A stretch of 64,000 nucleotides of DNA from an uncultured Gammaproteobacteria bacterium (lineage in GTDB: Bacteria > Patescibacteriota > Patescibacteriia > Magasanikbacterales > UBA922). Under the pieces are notes generated by a model, which ran no database searches, was not told where the DNA came from, and worked only from the letters and a program-made list of their open reading frames with translations. The position numbers and the translations under genes are program-made. Below are positions 1-10,629 of this stretch, one piece after another. The stretch covers positions 21,568 through 85,567 of the forward strand of contig CAZFUL010000005.1 in the NCBI GenBank assembly GCA_964522435.1. Direction: 5' to 3'. Position 1 is the first letter of the stretch. Each line of letters starts with the position of its first letter.

Positions 1-260
1 TTGTTGGGGAGGTGGCTATCGATTGCAGCCATAAGCACTTGGTGTACTTCCCATTCACCTGGGTGGCTGATAACAAAAGGCGTTCCTGAAATAGAGATGG
101 AACCAGCCTCTGTTTGGGTATATATAGCAATATCTGCCAATAAATTGCGCGGAAATGCGCCTAGGGCAGGTTTATAGGGGTCAATAATAATGGTAACGTC
201 GTTGTCAAAGGGTTTTACTTGCAATTTTACTGCGGTCGAACCAAGCCAAGAGATGTGCAT
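1..260 (-). CDS. MBL-fold (metallo-beta-lactamase-like) protein, 5' part; runs off window edge
   Basis: Manual translation from ATG at 260: MHISWLGSTAVKLQ...IIIDPY...PGEWEV, typical MBL-fold N-terminus; HxHxDH motif not seen. Confidence 0.65.
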   Translation of the reverse strand, partial: MHISWLGSTAVKLQVKPFDNDVTIIIDPYKPALGAFPRNLLADIAIYTQTEAGSISISGTPFVISHPGEWEVHQVLMAAIDSHLPN

Positions 261-468
261 ATCGTAGGGGGGAATCAAAAATAACCAGAATAAAGGAAAT
301 TCAGGCATAGTATACCTTTTTTATCCTGGCGAGGCAAGTCTTGATTTTTTTTAGCGTTCTGCTATACTGGTCAAATCCTCATCCCAAAGGGATAGGGGAG
401 TACTTACTTAATCCCGACAACGTCGGGAAGCTTACAAGAGTTTCTTGTAGGATAATTATAGAGAGTTT

Positions 469-1668
469 ATGGCTGAAGAAAAAAAGCCAACATCATCGTT
501 TGCAACGCTTTTAGAAGATTTTTTTGCCCAATTACCAAAACCTGGTGAAATGGTAGAAGGAAGCGTTATTTCTGTACAAAATGGTGCTGTTCGTATTGAT
601 ATTAACGGCTTAGTAACCGGAGTTGTTCGCGGACGCGAATTATTTACTGAGTCTCATGAGTACAGTACTATTAAACCAGGAGATAAAGTTGCCGCAACCG
701 TATTAGAACAAGAAAATGAAAATGGAGAAATGGAATTATCTTTCCGTATCGCTGGCTTCCAACGTGTTTGGGAACGCCTTGCACAATACGTTAAAGAAGG
801 TGTGACGGTTCCTGCAAAAGTATTAAATGCCAATAAAGGTGGTTTAATGATGAAAGTGGACGCGGTAACCGGGTTTATGCCGGTGAGTCAGCTTGCTCCA
901 GATAATTACCCACGTGTTCCAGGTGGAGACAAAAATCGCATTTTAGAACATTTACAAAAATTAATTGGTACTACCTTACAAGTAAAAGTATTAGACGCAA
1001 ATCAACAAGATGATAAGTTGATTGTTTCTGAAAAAGCGGTGTGGGAAGATGACCAAAAAGCCGTTCTTGATTCATACAAGATTGGCGACGTGGTAAAAGG
1101 TGAAGTAAGTGCCTTAACCAGTTTTGGTGCCTTTATGAAATTTGGCGCTGGATTAGAAGGCTTGATCCACATTTCAGAAATTGTGTGGCAACGCATTGAC
1201 CATCCAAAGGATGTGCTCAAAACTGGTGATAAAGTAGAAGCGCAAATTATTGATTTGAACAAATCAAAAATTTACCTTTCTATGAAACGTTTAGTGGATG
1301 ATCCATGGAAAGCAGTAAAAGAAAAATATAAAACAGGTGATAAAGTAGAAGGAGAAATTCACAAAATTGAACCATTTGGATTAATGGTAAAATTAGATGA
1401 AGATATTCATGGACTTGCTCATATTTCAGAAGTATCAAACAAGCAAGTGACTGACGTAAAACAACTTCGTGAATTATTCACCTTAGGTGAAAAACGCACC
1501 TTTGAAGTGATTAACATTGAACCAGCTGAACACCGTTTAGGCTTGCGCTTAGATGGCGTGAAAGCAAAATCAGCACCTGCTGCAGAAAAGAAAGAAGCTT
1601 CTGTAACAGAAGCTGCCCCTGTTGCTGAAGAGAAAGCAGAAGAACCAGCGCCAGAAGCGACAGCATAA
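469..1668 (+). CDS. rpsA: 30S ribosomal protein S1 (four S1 domains)
   Basis: S1 repeats (FGAFMKFGAGLEGLIHISE, FGLMVKLDEDIHGLAHISE), LSMKRL..DPW. Confidence 0.95.
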   Translation: MAEEKKPTSSFATLLEDFFAQLPKPGEMVEGSVISVQNGAVRIDINGLVTGVVRGRELFTESHEYSTIKPGDKVAATVLEQENENGEMELSFRIAGFQRVWERLAQYVKEGVTVPAKVLNANKGGLMMKVDAVTGFMPVSQLAPDNYPRVPGGDKNRILEHLQKLIGTTLQVKVLDANQQDDKLIVSEKAVWEDDQKAVLDSYKIGDVVKGEVSALTSFGAFMKFGAGLEGLIHISEIVWQRIDHPKDVLKTGDKVEAQIIDLNKSKIYLSMKRLVDDPWKAVKEKYKTGDKVEGEIHKIEPFGLMVKLDEDIHGLAHISEVSNKQVTDVKQLRELFTLGEKRTFEVINIEPAEHRLGLRLDGVKAKSAPAAEKKEASVTEAAPVAEEKAEEPAPEATA

Positions 1669-1684
1669 TACAACTTCGTTGATA

Positions 1685-1717
1685 AAAAAACACCCCGATT
1701 ACATCGGGGTGTTTTTT
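1685..1717. terminator. Bidirectional intrinsic terminator built on a CCCGA-N-TCGGG palindrome
   Basis: AAAAAACACCCCGATTACATCGGGGTGTTTTTT just after rpsA. Confidence 0.85.
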
Positions 1718-1754
1718 CTTTGGAAAGAATAGCTTTTGGACGGTATGATGATGG

Positions 1755-1783
1755 TTGACAAATAGCCTGAGGCGTGATACAGA
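1755..1783 (+). promoter_or_regulatory. Probable sigma70 promoter for the GC-rich ORF pair
   Basis: TTGACA, 17 nt spacer, TGn-TACAGA. Confidence 0.5.
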
Positions 1784-1826
1784 AAAGTGTCCTCGCGTTG
1801 AGGGCATAACCGCCTAAGGAGGCAAC

Positions 1827-2282
1827 ATGTTTCTTTGGTATATTCTCAATTTTTTTACTCTCACCATTTTCCGCCCTTTTACGGGAGGGTGGGTTCTGCT
1901 GAGCTGGGATGACCAGCGCTTTCTCCAGGCGCGCTCTCTTTGTGTGAACGGGCAGCCCGCCGAAAAGGACCGCGGGATCCTGTCCCGCCGTTCTGCCTGG
2001 AAGACCTACGTTATTTTTGAGGTGCAGGGGGGTGAGGGGATGCTTGTTTGTTTGGACTGCAAAAACAATCTTCTCGCTTGTTGGCGGGGCTGGACGCCTT
2101 GGAAGCCGCGGCTGTTCCAGCCTGGCGACCAAGTCGCTCTCCGTGTGGGGGAACATGACGCCGACTGGCGGTTGTTCTATCCAAAGGGGTGCCCCCCGCG
2201 GACTTCTCCTAGCCTAAAGGTGTTGGGTCGCTGCCACGAGCGGGAGCTTTTCAAGAAGTTCCCGAAGGCAGTGAAGTACTGA
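1827..2282 (+). CDS. Hypothetical protein (GC-rich ORFan)
   Basis: 151-aa ORF with SD AAGGAGG and an upstream promoter. Confidence 0.6.
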   Translation: MFLWYILNFFTLTIFRPFTGGWVLLSWDDQRFLQARSLCVNGQPAEKDRGILSRRSAWKTYVIFEVQGGEGMLVCLDCKNNLLACWRGWTPWKPRLFQPGDQVALRVGEHDADWRLFYPKGCPPRTSPSLKVLGRCHERELFKKFPKAVKY

Positions 2283-2324
2283 AAATAATTGACAACCCTC
2301 AGAACGACGCGGGCGGAGGAAAAA

Positions 2325-2747
2325 ATGAGTGACGAACCATTGTTTATCGTGGTGGATGGACGATACTTTCTGACCAGCGCGGGAAATAAGTTGTCTTCTC
2401 GGCAGCTTGCTGCCAAGTTGCAAGCCCTGGGGCTGGAGGTGTCGCATTCGACGGTGGCTCGGGCCCGGGAAAAGCCAGACCGTTCCTTCATTCCTGGGTA
2501 TCGCAAGCCAGGTCAGCCATTGCGGCGTAGCCTGCCCTACGGCTACGTGAAGTTGGCTTGGCATGAAAAGCTGTTGTCGGTTGATACCCTTGCCCGCAAG
2601 TTTGGTATCAGTGGTGAAACAGCTCGGCGAGCAAAAAAGAAAGGGTGGTTTGAAATTCTGAGCACCGGCTCAGAATTTCATACCCAGATCACGAAGGAGC
2701 GGACACAGGGTGCGGGGCAGCGGCTGCCCCTTGATCTTGAAGATTGA
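2325..2747 (+). CDS. Hypothetical protein with two HTH-like segments
   Basis: SD GGAGG before ATG 2325; LSSRQLAAKL..VSHSTVARAR and LSVDTLARKFGISGETARRAKK. Confidence 0.6.
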   Translation: MSDEPLFIVVDGRYFLTSAGNKLSSRQLAAKLQALGLEVSHSTVARAREKPDRSFIPGYRKPGQPLRRSLPYGYVKLAWHEKLLSVDTLARKFGISGETARRAKKKGWFEILSTGSEFHTQITKERTQGAGQRLPLDLED

Positions 2748-2859
2748 ATCTTCCTCACATTATTGTCTCGCAATTCATTGAATTGCGACGACTCTTCTCC
2801 CGGAGGATCTCCTGCCCCAGCGGCAGTTGATGGTCCTCCGGAAATCCCACATCAATTAA

Positions 2860-2926
2860 CAATGAACAATTAGCAATGAACAAGTTTTCGAAGTTTTGTT
2901 AATTGTTCATTGCTAATTGCTCATTG
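2860..2926. repeat. Inverted repeat of 7-nt-periodic units (MITE-like)
   Basis: CAATGAACAATTAGCAATGAACAA (2860-2883) vs TTGTTCATTGCTAATTGCTCATTG (2903-2926). Confidence 0.75.
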
Positions 2927-3092
2927 ATTATCACTTCCATCCCCAGATTGACAATGTGGATTTTTTTTTATATAGTTAGATAATGAAAAATAGCGTGGAT
3001 TGACGTAAGCAGCGTAAGCCACTACTATATACCTGCTATACTAGAGACAACCACCTTAGAAAACTCAGTCACTCCACATAACTCAGAACCCT

Positions 3093-4967
3093 ATGACCAA
3101 AGAACCAAACAATAAAAAAACGACCCCTCCATCAACCACAGCGCTGTTGCGTAATTTTGTGTTGATTATTATTTCGTTATTTTGTATTGCTGCTCTGGTA
3201 AATACTCTTACCAATAAGCAAAAAACATACGAAGATGTGGCAATTACTCGTCTGGTAGAAGAGGTAAACAAGACGAATGTAGAAAAAGTGGATATTGAAG
3301 GCAGTACCTTGTTAGTCACTTTAAAAGAAGGGGAAAAACAACTGCGCGTGAAAAAAGAATACGGTGAATCATTTACCGAGCTCATGAGTAACTTAGGCGT
3401 GGCGCCAGAAACATTGCAAACAGTAATAGTCTCTGTAAAAGAAGCACCGGCATGGAAATCCGTTCTGTTATCTATTGCACCATTTTTACTTCCCTTTGTG
3501 TTGATTGTTGGAGCAATTTACTTTATGAGTCGTCAAGTGCAAGGCGTCAATAACCGTGCCATGAGTTTTGGATCAAACAGTGGCAAAATGGCAAAGCCAG
3601 ATGATAAAGATAAAAAAACATTTAAAGATGTTGCTGGGTCAACCGAAGCAAAACATGAGTTAGAAGAAATTGTTGACTTCTTAAAATCACCAAAGAAATT
3701 CGCAGACATGGGAGCAAAAATTCCTCGTGGGGTGTTACTCATGGGTTCTCCTGGAACCGGAAAAACCTTACTTGCCAAAGCGGTTGCTGGGGAAGCAAAT
3801 GTGCCATTCTTTCATATTAGCGGCTCTGAATTTGTGGAAATGTTTGTTGGTGTGGGGGCGAGTCGTGTGCGTGATTTATTTGCGAAAGCAAAAAAAGCCG
3901 CACCCGCGATTGTATTTATTGATGAAATTGATGCTGTTGGACGCAAGCGTGGAGCAGGACTCGGCGGTGGTCATGATGAACGAGAACAAACACTCAACCA
4001 AATTCTGGTTGAAATGGATGGCTTTGAACCCAATGCAGGGATTATTGTGATTGCGGCAACCAACCGCCCTGACGTATTAGATCAAGCCCTGTTACGCCCT
4101 GGTCGTTTTGATCGTCGCGTGGTAGTAAATTTGCCAGACATTAAAGAACGAGAAGAAATTTTACAGGTGCATGCTCGTAATAAACCATTGTCAAAAGATA
4201 TTCAATTAAAAACCTTAGCAGAAAGAACCCCAGGATTTTCTGGAGCAGACTTAGCGAATTTGTTAAACGAAGCCGCTATTTTGGCAGTACGAAAAACCCA
4301 AAAAGAAATTACCGAAGACTTGATTCGTGAAAGTATTGATAAAGTTATCTTAGGGCCAGAAAAACGTTCTCGGGTGATGAGTGAAGAAGATAAAAAAATG
4401 ACTGCCTATCATGAAGCAGGGCATGCGGTTGTTGGTCATTTTATGAAGTATTGTGATCCGGTAAGAAAAGTCTCTATTATTGGTCGTGGCTCTGCTGGTG
4501 GCTACACCTTGTCTATGCCAGAAAGTGATAAACATTATCAAAAAATTGTTGAATTTAAAGATGACATGGCCATGATGATGGGGGGCTATGTGGCAGAAAA
4601 AATGATTTATGGTGATGAACAATTAAGTACCGGACCTTCCAGTGATTTGAAAAAAGCAACCCAGCTCGCCCGCAGAATGGTCATGCAATATGGTATGAGT
4701 ACGGAACTTGGTCCACGCGTGTATTCTGAAAATGAAGAAATGATTTTCTTAGCACAAGAAATTCATGATAAGAAAAATTATAGTGAAAAAACCGCAGAAA
4801 AAATTGACGAAGAAATTACTGCCTTATTAAAACAAGCGCTCAAACGAGCAGAGCAGTTGTTACAAGAAAAGCGCAGCCTTATGGACAAACTCGTTGCCGT
4901 GTTAATGAAAGAAGAAACCGTGGAGCAAGAACGATTTAGAGAAATTATGGAAGGAAAAGCGGTGTAG
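3093..4967 (+). CDS. ftsH: ATP-dependent zinc metalloprotease FtsH
   Basis: 2 TM, Walker [20 protein letters not shown] zinc motif. Confidence 0.97.
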   Translation: MTKEPNNKKTTPPSTTALLRNFVLIIISLFCIAALVNTLTNKQKTYEDVAITRLVEEVNKTNVEKVDIEGSTLLVTLKEGEKQLRVKKEYGESFTELMSNLGVAPETLQTVIVSVKEAPAWKSVLLSIAPFLLPFVLIVGAIYFMSRQVQGVNNRAMSFGSNSGKMAKPDDKDKKTFKDVAGSTEAKHELEEIVDFLKSPKKFADMGAKIPRGVLLMGSPGTGKTLLAKAVAGEANVPFFHISGSEFVEMFVGVGASRVRDLFAKAKKAAPAIVFIDEIDAVGRKRGAGLGGGHDEREQTLNQILVEMDGFEPNAGIIVIAATNRPDVLDQALLRPGRFDRRVVVNLPDIKEREEILQVHARNKPLSKDIQLKTLAERTPGFSGADLANLLNEAAILAVRKTQKEITEDLIRESIDKVILGPEKRSRVMSEEDKKMTAYHEAGHAVVGHFMKYCDPVRKVSIIGRGSAGGYTLSMPESDKHYQKIVEFKDDMAMMMGGYVAEKMIYGDEQLSTGPSSDLKKATQLARRMVMQYGMSTELGPRVYSENEEMIFLAQEIHDKKNYSEKTAEKIDEEITALLKQALKRAEQLLQEKRSLMDKLVAVLMKEETVEQERFREIMEGKAV

Positions 4968-4975
4968 TATCTATA

Positions 4976-5008
4976 AAAAAACACCCCGATGTAATCGGGG
5001 TGTTTTTT
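4976..5008. terminator. Bidirectional terminator (CCCGA palindrome family)
   Basis: AAAAAACACCCCGATGTAATCGGGGTGTTTTTT, reverse complement of the copy at 1685. Confidence 0.85.
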
Positions 5009-5016
5009 CATCTTTG

Positions 5017-5364
5017 TTATGTATGTAAGTTGTCAATTGCTGTATCAACTTCATCTTTTAACGCTTCCTCATCAAGAAGATTTCTTATCGCAGCTTCTGT
5101 GTTTGCAATATCTGCTTCACTTAATCCCGTTGTTGGATCAACAATACGTTCGCTTGCTTGTGTGGGGGGTTCTTCTCTGTCTAAAGGCATTCCATCACGC
5201 ATAAGCCGTTTTATCTCATTTGCCCTTGCAGCATCTTTTTGTTGTTCAATATTTCTATCGATCATCGCCATATCTGCCCGGTCGGCCGTTGTTCCAAAAT
5301 TTTTTTTTGGAGGTTTTTCATTTGTTGGAATAAATGATTCTTGGGATGCCTCTACATTTCTCAT
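5017..5364 (-). CDS. Hypothetical acidic protein
   Basis: ORF from ATG 5364 directly downstream of the pseudouridine synthase. Confidence 0.6.
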   Translation of the reverse strand: MRNVEASQESFIPTNEKPPKKNFGTTADRADMAMIDRNIEQQKDAARANEIKRLMRDGMPLDREEPPTQASERIVDPTTGLSEADIANTEAAIRNLLDEEALKDEVDTAIDNLHT

Positions 5365-5375
5365 AGGATATATTA

Positions 5376-6143
5376 TTAATAAATAATTTCTTTGTTCACA
5401 AGTTTCCATCTGCCAACCGGCAAAGTACCTATAGTGAGTTTTCCAATGCGTATTCGTTTTAATGATATCACACGAAACCCGAGTCTCCCAAACATATTTC
5501 TAATTTGTCTGTTTTTTCCTTCTTTCAGTATCACGGTGACGAGGGTTCTTTTTCCTTTATTTACTCGGGATACAATAGTTATTCCTTGATAGAGCTCTTC
5601 TTCTACTCGCATGCCTTTTTGTAATATTGCTTCTGAGCCTCGATTAAGCGGTTTATCTATCGTCACTTCATACTCTTTTTCATGTTCATAGCGAGGATGG
5701 GTAAGCTCATTTGTCAGCTCTCCATCGTTGGTAAGCAGGAGTAAGCCTTCTGAATCTTTATCCAGCCGACCTACGGGGTACAGTCGTGTGTTTAGGATTG
5801 ATGCAATATATTCTTTTGGTTCTTTGCCTACATAATTTGCGGCGGTAATAAGTTCTAATACCGATGCGCCTTGTTCGTTAGAGGCACTCGAAATATAATC
5901 AATGGGTTTGTGTAGGGCAATATAGATGTTCTTTTTTTCTTCGGCGGTTGTTGGTTGAATAACTTTTGCAGAACCAGTGCCATCAATAATTTCTATGACG
6001 TCTGTTGTTGGATCTATTTTTGTTCCTTGTTCTACAACAAGAATACCGTTCACACGGATGTTTCTTTCAGCAATCAAGAGTTCGGCTTTTCTGCGTGAGC
6101 AGATACCCGCATCTGCGAGATATTTGTGGAGACGAATGAGCAT
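5376..6143 (-). CDS. rRNA pseudouridine synthase, RsuA/RluB family
   Basis: S4 domain RLHKYLADAGICSRRKAE; GRLDKDSEGLLLLTNDG; EGKNRQIR. Confidence 0.93.
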   Translation of the reverse strand: MLIRLHKYLADAGICSRRKAELLIAERNIRVNGILVVEQGTKIDPTTDVIEIIDGTGSAKVIQPTTAEEKKNIYIALHKPIDYISSASNEQGASVLELITAANYVGKEPKEYIASILNTRLYPVGRLDKDSEGLLLLTNDGELTNELTHPRYEHEKEYEVTIDKPLNRGSEAILQKGMRVEEELYQGITIVSRVNKGKRTLVTVILKEGKNRQIRNMFGRLGFRVISLKRIRIGKLTIGTLPVGRWKLVNKEIIY

Positions 6144-6146
6144 AGT

Positions 6147-7103
6147 CTATCGCATGCTTGCGTAGATAATATAGCCAACGTAGATGAGTAAGAAAACACT
6201 TCCTTCTATTTTGGTGAGACGTTGTTTTTGTCCAACAAATAACGCGATAAATAACAAGAATGATACGAAGGTCGTAAATAGCGCGTCGATTTGTGCTTCT
6301 GCACTCACAGGGAGTGGGGTAACGACCGCGGTAATCCCTAAAATCCAGAATACATTAAAAATGTTTGATCCAACAATATTCCCGATGGCAATATCACTGT
6401 GACCCTTTTTTGCGGCAACAATGCTGGTGGCAAGTTCTGGAAGAGAGGTCCCAATGGCGATAATCGTTAAGCCAATGAGTGTTTCGCTCAGGCCTGCTGC
6501 GGTGGCAAGAATAATAGCATTATCGACGATAAATTTTCCTCCAATGATAAGGCCAACAAGTCCTGCAATAAATAACAAAATAGATTTTTTCCATGAATAG
6601 CTGTCTATTTTTTCGTCGCTGCCTTTTATTTTACTGAGACCATAGGTGTAGTAAAGGAAAATAATGAAAAAGGCAATAAAAATAAATCCATCTGATCGCG
6701 TAAGGACATTGGTTGCTGCGCCAGTTAATAAAGTATCATAGCCGACAATAAGGACAATAATCATGGCGAGAATAGCGAAAGGAATTTCTTTGTATGCGGT
6801 GCTGTTTTTTACAATAAGTGGTCGTATGCAAGCGCTGATTCCCAATATCAATAAGATATTTGATAGGTTTGACCCAACAACATTCGCAATCGCAATATCT
6901 GTTGTGCCGTTCATTGCGGCTAAGAGACTCACCACCAGTTCTGGGGCAGAGGTGCCAAATGCAACAATGGTAAGCCCAATCACAATACTTGGTACGCGCC
7001 ATTTTGTTGCCATGGATGATGCGCCTTTTACCAAGGCATCTGCGCCATAAATAAGAATGGCTAAGCCACCAAGAATAAAGATACTACTGATGAGAATACT
7101 CAT
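6147..7103 (-). CDS. Calcium/sodium antiporter (YrbG-like)
   Basis: Two alpha repeats, GTSAPEL and GTSLPEL, and two GSN motifs. Confidence 0.93.
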   Translation of the reverse strand: MSILISSIFILGGLAILIYGADALVKGASSMATKWRVPSIVIGLTIVAFGTSAPELVVSLLAAMNGTTDIAIANVVGSNLSNILLILGISACIRPLIVKNSTAYKEIPFAILAMIIVLIVGYDTLLTGAATNVLTRSDGFIFIAFFIIFLYYTYGLSKIKGSDEKIDSYSWKKSILLFIAGLVGLIIGGKFIVDNAIILATAAGLSETLIGLTIIAIGTSLPELATSIVAAKKGHSDIAIGNIVGSNIFNVFWILGITAVVTPLPVSAEAQIDALFTTFVSFLLFIALFVGQKQRLTKIEGSVFLLIYVGYIIYASMR

Positions 7104-7567
7104 AGGTTAGGAGAATTTTTTTTGAGGCTGTACATACCCAAAATGAATAATAGCGTAGAACTTATTGCCGAACCTAAGCAATAGATGCAGAGGGCCTGAA
7201 TCACAAAGGCCATAAGAAAAACAAAATACGCAGAAGCTAAAAATCCGAGTGGGGTAAGTAAACAAGCGAGTCGAAACAGTGTTTCTTTTTTACTATCTAA
7301 AAATGCGATAGAGAGTAAAAGAATACTCAAGTAGTAGAGCGCTCCACCCAAGGCAACGGGAATGCCAGCTATTTCTGAATAGGGACTACTCGTGACTTCT
7401 GCACAGCCTTCTAAAAACGAACAATTTGGTGGTACTCCCCGCAGATGTTCTATGGTGAGGTAACTGGCGTCTGCAAACCCAAGAAAACTCACCACAATAC
7501 ATATCCAGGCAATCACTGTTTTATTGAGCGGCTTTTTCTGCGTCAATGCGTTGTTTGAGTTGGTCAT
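7100..7567 (-). CDS. Vitamin K epoxide reductase (VKOR) family protein
   Basis: C..(FLEG)C..V..SPYS, CIYC motif; adjacent to DsbA; start uncertain. Confidence 0.9.
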   Translation of the reverse strand: MTNSNNALTQKKPLNKTVIAWICIVVSFLGFADASYLTIEHLRGVPPNCSFLEGCAEVTSSPYSEIAGIPVALGGALYYLSILLLSIAFLDSKKETLFRLACLLTPLGFLASAYFVFLMAFVIQALCIYCLGSAISSTLLFILGMYSLKKNSPNL

Positions 7568-8174
7568 ACGAACTAATTTGATATTGCGTTCCATTGATAA
7601 AGGTGGTTGGCGTGCCGCTTAAGCGTAAGGCTGCAGCACTTGCAGCATCTTCATTTACTTTTGCCATAACCTCTTTACTCGTAAGGTCTTTGGTAAATTG
7701 TGCTTCATCTAAGCTAAGAGAGACGGCTAAACGAATAAAAAACGCTTCTGGATCTTGTTCTTTTACCCATTGCGCTTGGGTATTAAATATGGCGTCATGC
7801 ATATCCCAAAATTTTCCTTGCAATGCGGCTGCTTCTGAGGCTTGTGCTGCTAATTGGGCATGGTCATGAATCGCGCGAAGAGGAAAGTGACGATACACAA
7901 AGCGAACATCATCTGGATATTCTGCAACAATTTGTTTAAAGAACGGATACACATTTGCACAATAGGGGCATTCAAAATCACTGTACTCTACAATGGTAAT
8001 TGGTGCATTGGGGTTACCACTCACGTGCTCTTGTGTACTATCAATTTGTTCGTTGAGTGTTTTATTTCCTTGAGACGCTGGGGCCGTGCCCAGTTTGGTA
8101 AGGAGCCATAAAAAAGCCACGAGGCCAAGAATAATAGCAGTCCAGAGAACAATACGTTTGGTCGTTGGATTCAT
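7521..8174 (-). CDS. DsbA-family thioredoxin-fold oxidoreductase
   Basis: N-terminal TM, EYSDFECPYC, YRHFPL, GTPT. Confidence 0.92.
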   Translation of the reverse strand: MNPTTKRIVLWTAIILGLVAFLWLLTKLGTAPASQGNKTLNEQIDSTQEHVSGNPNAPITIVEYSDFECPYCANVYPFFKQIVAEYPDDVRFVYRHFPLRAIHDHAQLAAQASEAAALQGKFWDMHDAIFNTQAQWVKEQDPEAFFIRLAVSLSLDEAQFTKDLTSKEVMAKVNEDAASAAALRLSGTPTTFINGTQYQISSYDQLKQRIDAEKAAQ

Positions 8175-8208
8175 AATGAATAGGTAAATAATAATTTTTT
8201 CTATTGTA

Positions 8209-9507
8209 TCACAGCTTTTCTAAGACCACGAGCCCCTCCACATGCGGGGTGCGAGGAAAAAAATTATATAATTTGATATATATGGGGCGGTAGCTTTCTG
8301 ATAATAATCGCATATCTCGCGCTTGAGTAGAAATGTTACAAGAAAGATAGATAATCTTGGGTGGACGCGCTTTACGGAGTTGTTTTACAACGCTATCATG
8401 CAGGCCAGCTCTCGGAGGATCGACGATAATTTGGCGAGTGCTTGTAATATGTTCGAGCATGTTTTCTGCTGGAACAGCAAAGGCACTTGCTCCAGTAATG
8501 CTATTTTGTTCAATATTTGCTTTTGCAAAGTCTATTGCTTCTTTGCTGCTTTCTACTAAGATCGTTTCACTCCGAGATTTTGCCAGGGCTAAACCAATAG
8601 CACCCACACCAGAATAATAATCAACAAGAGGCATTTTTGGATCTAAAAATGCGGCAATATCTTTAAGTGCGCGCATAAAGATGGGCGGATTAATTTGAAA
8701 AAAACTCAACAGACCAAATTGTAATGAGGTGCCAAGAATATGCTCGCTCAGTGTGGTTCTTCCTGTGCTATAGAGAAGTTCTGTAGGGACGGATGCTGGG
8801 CTTTTGTGGGTTGAGTAATAGAGATCAAGACCAATACATGGCGTGCTAAGAGTTGGGTAAGAAGAAAAGGGTAATTTGTCTTTAATAAATAAGGCAGCAA
8901 TGGTTTCTGTCACTCCTGTTGCATTGGTTGCTGAGCGAACAATAAGACTTTTGAGGCTACGAATAGGAATGTGCATCTCATTTACCCATGCAAGTATATG
9001 GTTTGCTGTTTGCATGATGTGAGGGTTTGCCAAACAGGAATCAGTAATTGCGCTTCGAACATTTTTTCCTCGTTCAAAAAAAGCAAGATGAATTGTCCCT
9101 GTCTCATCTTCTGCAAAACTAAATTCCATTTTATTGCGATAGCCGTATTGTTGGCTTCTATCGTTTTCTAACACAATATCTGCGGGAGATACAATAAGAT
9201 TCGCTATTTTATTATAGGCCTCAACCGCAATGATTTTTTTTTCTTGTTCTTCTTGCTCAATACTCATCATATCCCAGGCCGCAGAAGAGAGATAATGAGT
9301 GTCTTTAGGCACAACACGGTGCGGAGAGGGCGTGATAATTTCGACAGCGGTTGCTTCGAGATGATCTTTTTTGTTTTTTATATAGTCCACCCGTACGGTT
9401 TCACCTGGTAACGCATTCCACACAAAAACGACCTTGCCGTCGGGGGTGCGCGCAAGGCCTTGGCCGCCAAAAACAAGTTTTTCTATGGTAAGAATAGAGG
9501 GGAACAT
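8209..9507 (-). CDS. RNA (uracil-5)-methyltransferase, TrmA/RlmD family with TRAM domain
   Basis: TRAM N-terminus, YRNK, SFFQIN, VDPPRAG, YLSCN, FFPRTPHVE. Confidence 0.9.
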   Translation of the reverse strand: MFPSILTIEKLVFGGQGLARTPDGKVVFVWNALPGETVRVDYIKNKKDHLEATAVEIITPSPHRVVPKDTHYLSSAAWDMMSIEQEEQEKKIIAVEAYNKIANLIVSPADIVLENDRSQQYGYRNKMEFSFAEDETGTIHLAFFERGKNVRSAITDSCLANPHIMQTANHILAWVNEMHIPIRSLKSLIVRSATNATGVTETIAALFIKDKLPFSSYPTLSTPCIGLDLYYSTHKSPASVPTELLYSTGRTTLSEHILGTSLQFGLLSFFQINPPIFMRALKDIAAFLDPKMPLVDYYSGVGAIGLALAKSRSETILVESSKEAIDFAKANIEQNSITGASAFAVPAENMLEHITSTRQIIVDPPRAGLHDSVVKQLRKARPPKIIYLSCNISTQARDMRLLSESYRPIYIKLYNFFPRTPHVEGLVVLEKL

Positions 9508-9513
9508 GGAGTA

Positions 9514-10077
9514 TTATGAGGCTAATTCGCAGTGCGTATGGGTTGCGAGTTGGTGGATATGAGATTCGAGACGATTGGATGTTGAGCGAAGAGCTGTGAA
9601 TTCTGTATCGAGCTTAAGATGGAGAGACATAAATCCATCTATGGTATTCATGATATCATTTTTTACTGTAGAAAGTGCTTCTTTTGTTGCCATTCCCGAT
9701 ATTTCTTGACGGAGGTCTTCATTCAGTAAATAGATTTCTGTGCGCAACTCCTTTTTTGCATTGGTAATATCATCTTTCGTCGCGCCGTTCTCTTGAATAA
9801 ACTGAACCATAGTAAGAATGTCTTGCGTTGTTTGTTCGTTTGTTGTCATTCTGTCTGCCAACACAGCGATGTCTTGTTTGGTAGCGCTTGTTTGTTTTAA
9901 TACGGTGACATCTTGGTTCAAATCATTGATGTTTCCTTTCATCGTATGTATATCTTCTTTTATATCTCCAACATCTTCTTTTAAATAGCCGACGTCTTCT
10001 TGTACTTTCGTTAGATTTTCTTTTAACGATAGAACGATCGTGAGGATATCCTGCACTGTTTGTTCATTGGCTTGCAT
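9514..10077 (-). CDS. Coiled-coil repeat protein (paralog of 15123-15590)
   Basis: Heptad repeats (VQEDVGYLKEDVGDIKED), ATKQD/ATKDD motifs; ATG 10077 chosen. Confidence 0.7.
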   Translation of the reverse strand: MQANEQTVQDILTIVLSLKENLTKVQEDVGYLKEDVGDIKEDIHTMKGNINDLNQDVTVLKQTSATKQDIAVLADRMTTNEQTTQDILTMVQFIQENGATKDDITNAKKELRTEIYLLNEDLRQEISGMATKEALSTVKNDIMNTIDGFMSLHLKLDTEFTALRSTSNRLESHIHQLATHTHCELAS

Positions 10078-10344
10078 ACAACAAAAATTATGAATAAAGG
10101 TGGAGGATATAGAGCGATTATAGCAGGGAGGGTTTGTATAGGCAAGGAATCCTAAATCTAAAATCATAAATCAAAAGTCAACAATTGTAATATAGTTTTT
10201 ACTGGTTCAATAGACTATTTCATCTATATTACGATGGAGCCAAAGATTACTTAAGGTTTATTCTCCAATTTTGATTTATGACGTTAGATTTATAATTTTT
10301 TCTCTTATTTTAGCAAAATTTTGTTATTTATGAGGCTGATACAC

Positions 10345-10373
10345 TTGACAAAATTGTTTTTTTATGATATTAT
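10345..10373 (+). promoter_or_regulatory. Near-consensus sigma70 promoter at the head of the island
   Basis: TTGACA (10345-50), 17 nt spacer, extended -10 TGn-TATTAT (10368-73). Confidence 0.75.
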
Positions 10374-10450
10374 CTCCCGTTCTGAAAATGAAAGCTACAG
10401 ATAGAACAACTGACAATTACATAACATATCACTCCGTTTGCCTATATCTC

Positions 10451-10564
10451 GTCTACCTACGCCCCTTGGGCTTCGGTAGACAAAGGCGGACAAAGGAAAG
10501 AGAGAGCCTTAACAGTGATAGTTCAAAGAAATCCAGCACCCACCTACGCTAAAGCTTCGGTGGG
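10451..10564. repeat. Two REP-like hairpins (CCTACG...GCTTCGG type)
   Basis: GTCTACCTACGCCCCTTGGGCTTCGGTAGAC (10451-81) and CCCACCTACGCTAAAGCTTCGGTGGG (10539-64). Confidence 0.65.
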
Positions 10565-10570
10565 CAAGTC

Positions 10571-10602
10571 AACCACTCTCTCAAACAGAGTGGTTTTGTT
10601 TT
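10571..10602 (+). terminator. Intrinsic terminator within the island leader
   Basis: AACCACTCT-7nt-AGAGTGGTT followed by TTGTTTT. Confidence 0.65.
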
Positions 10603-10629
10603 GACAAGCTAACGCATTAGAAACAACTA

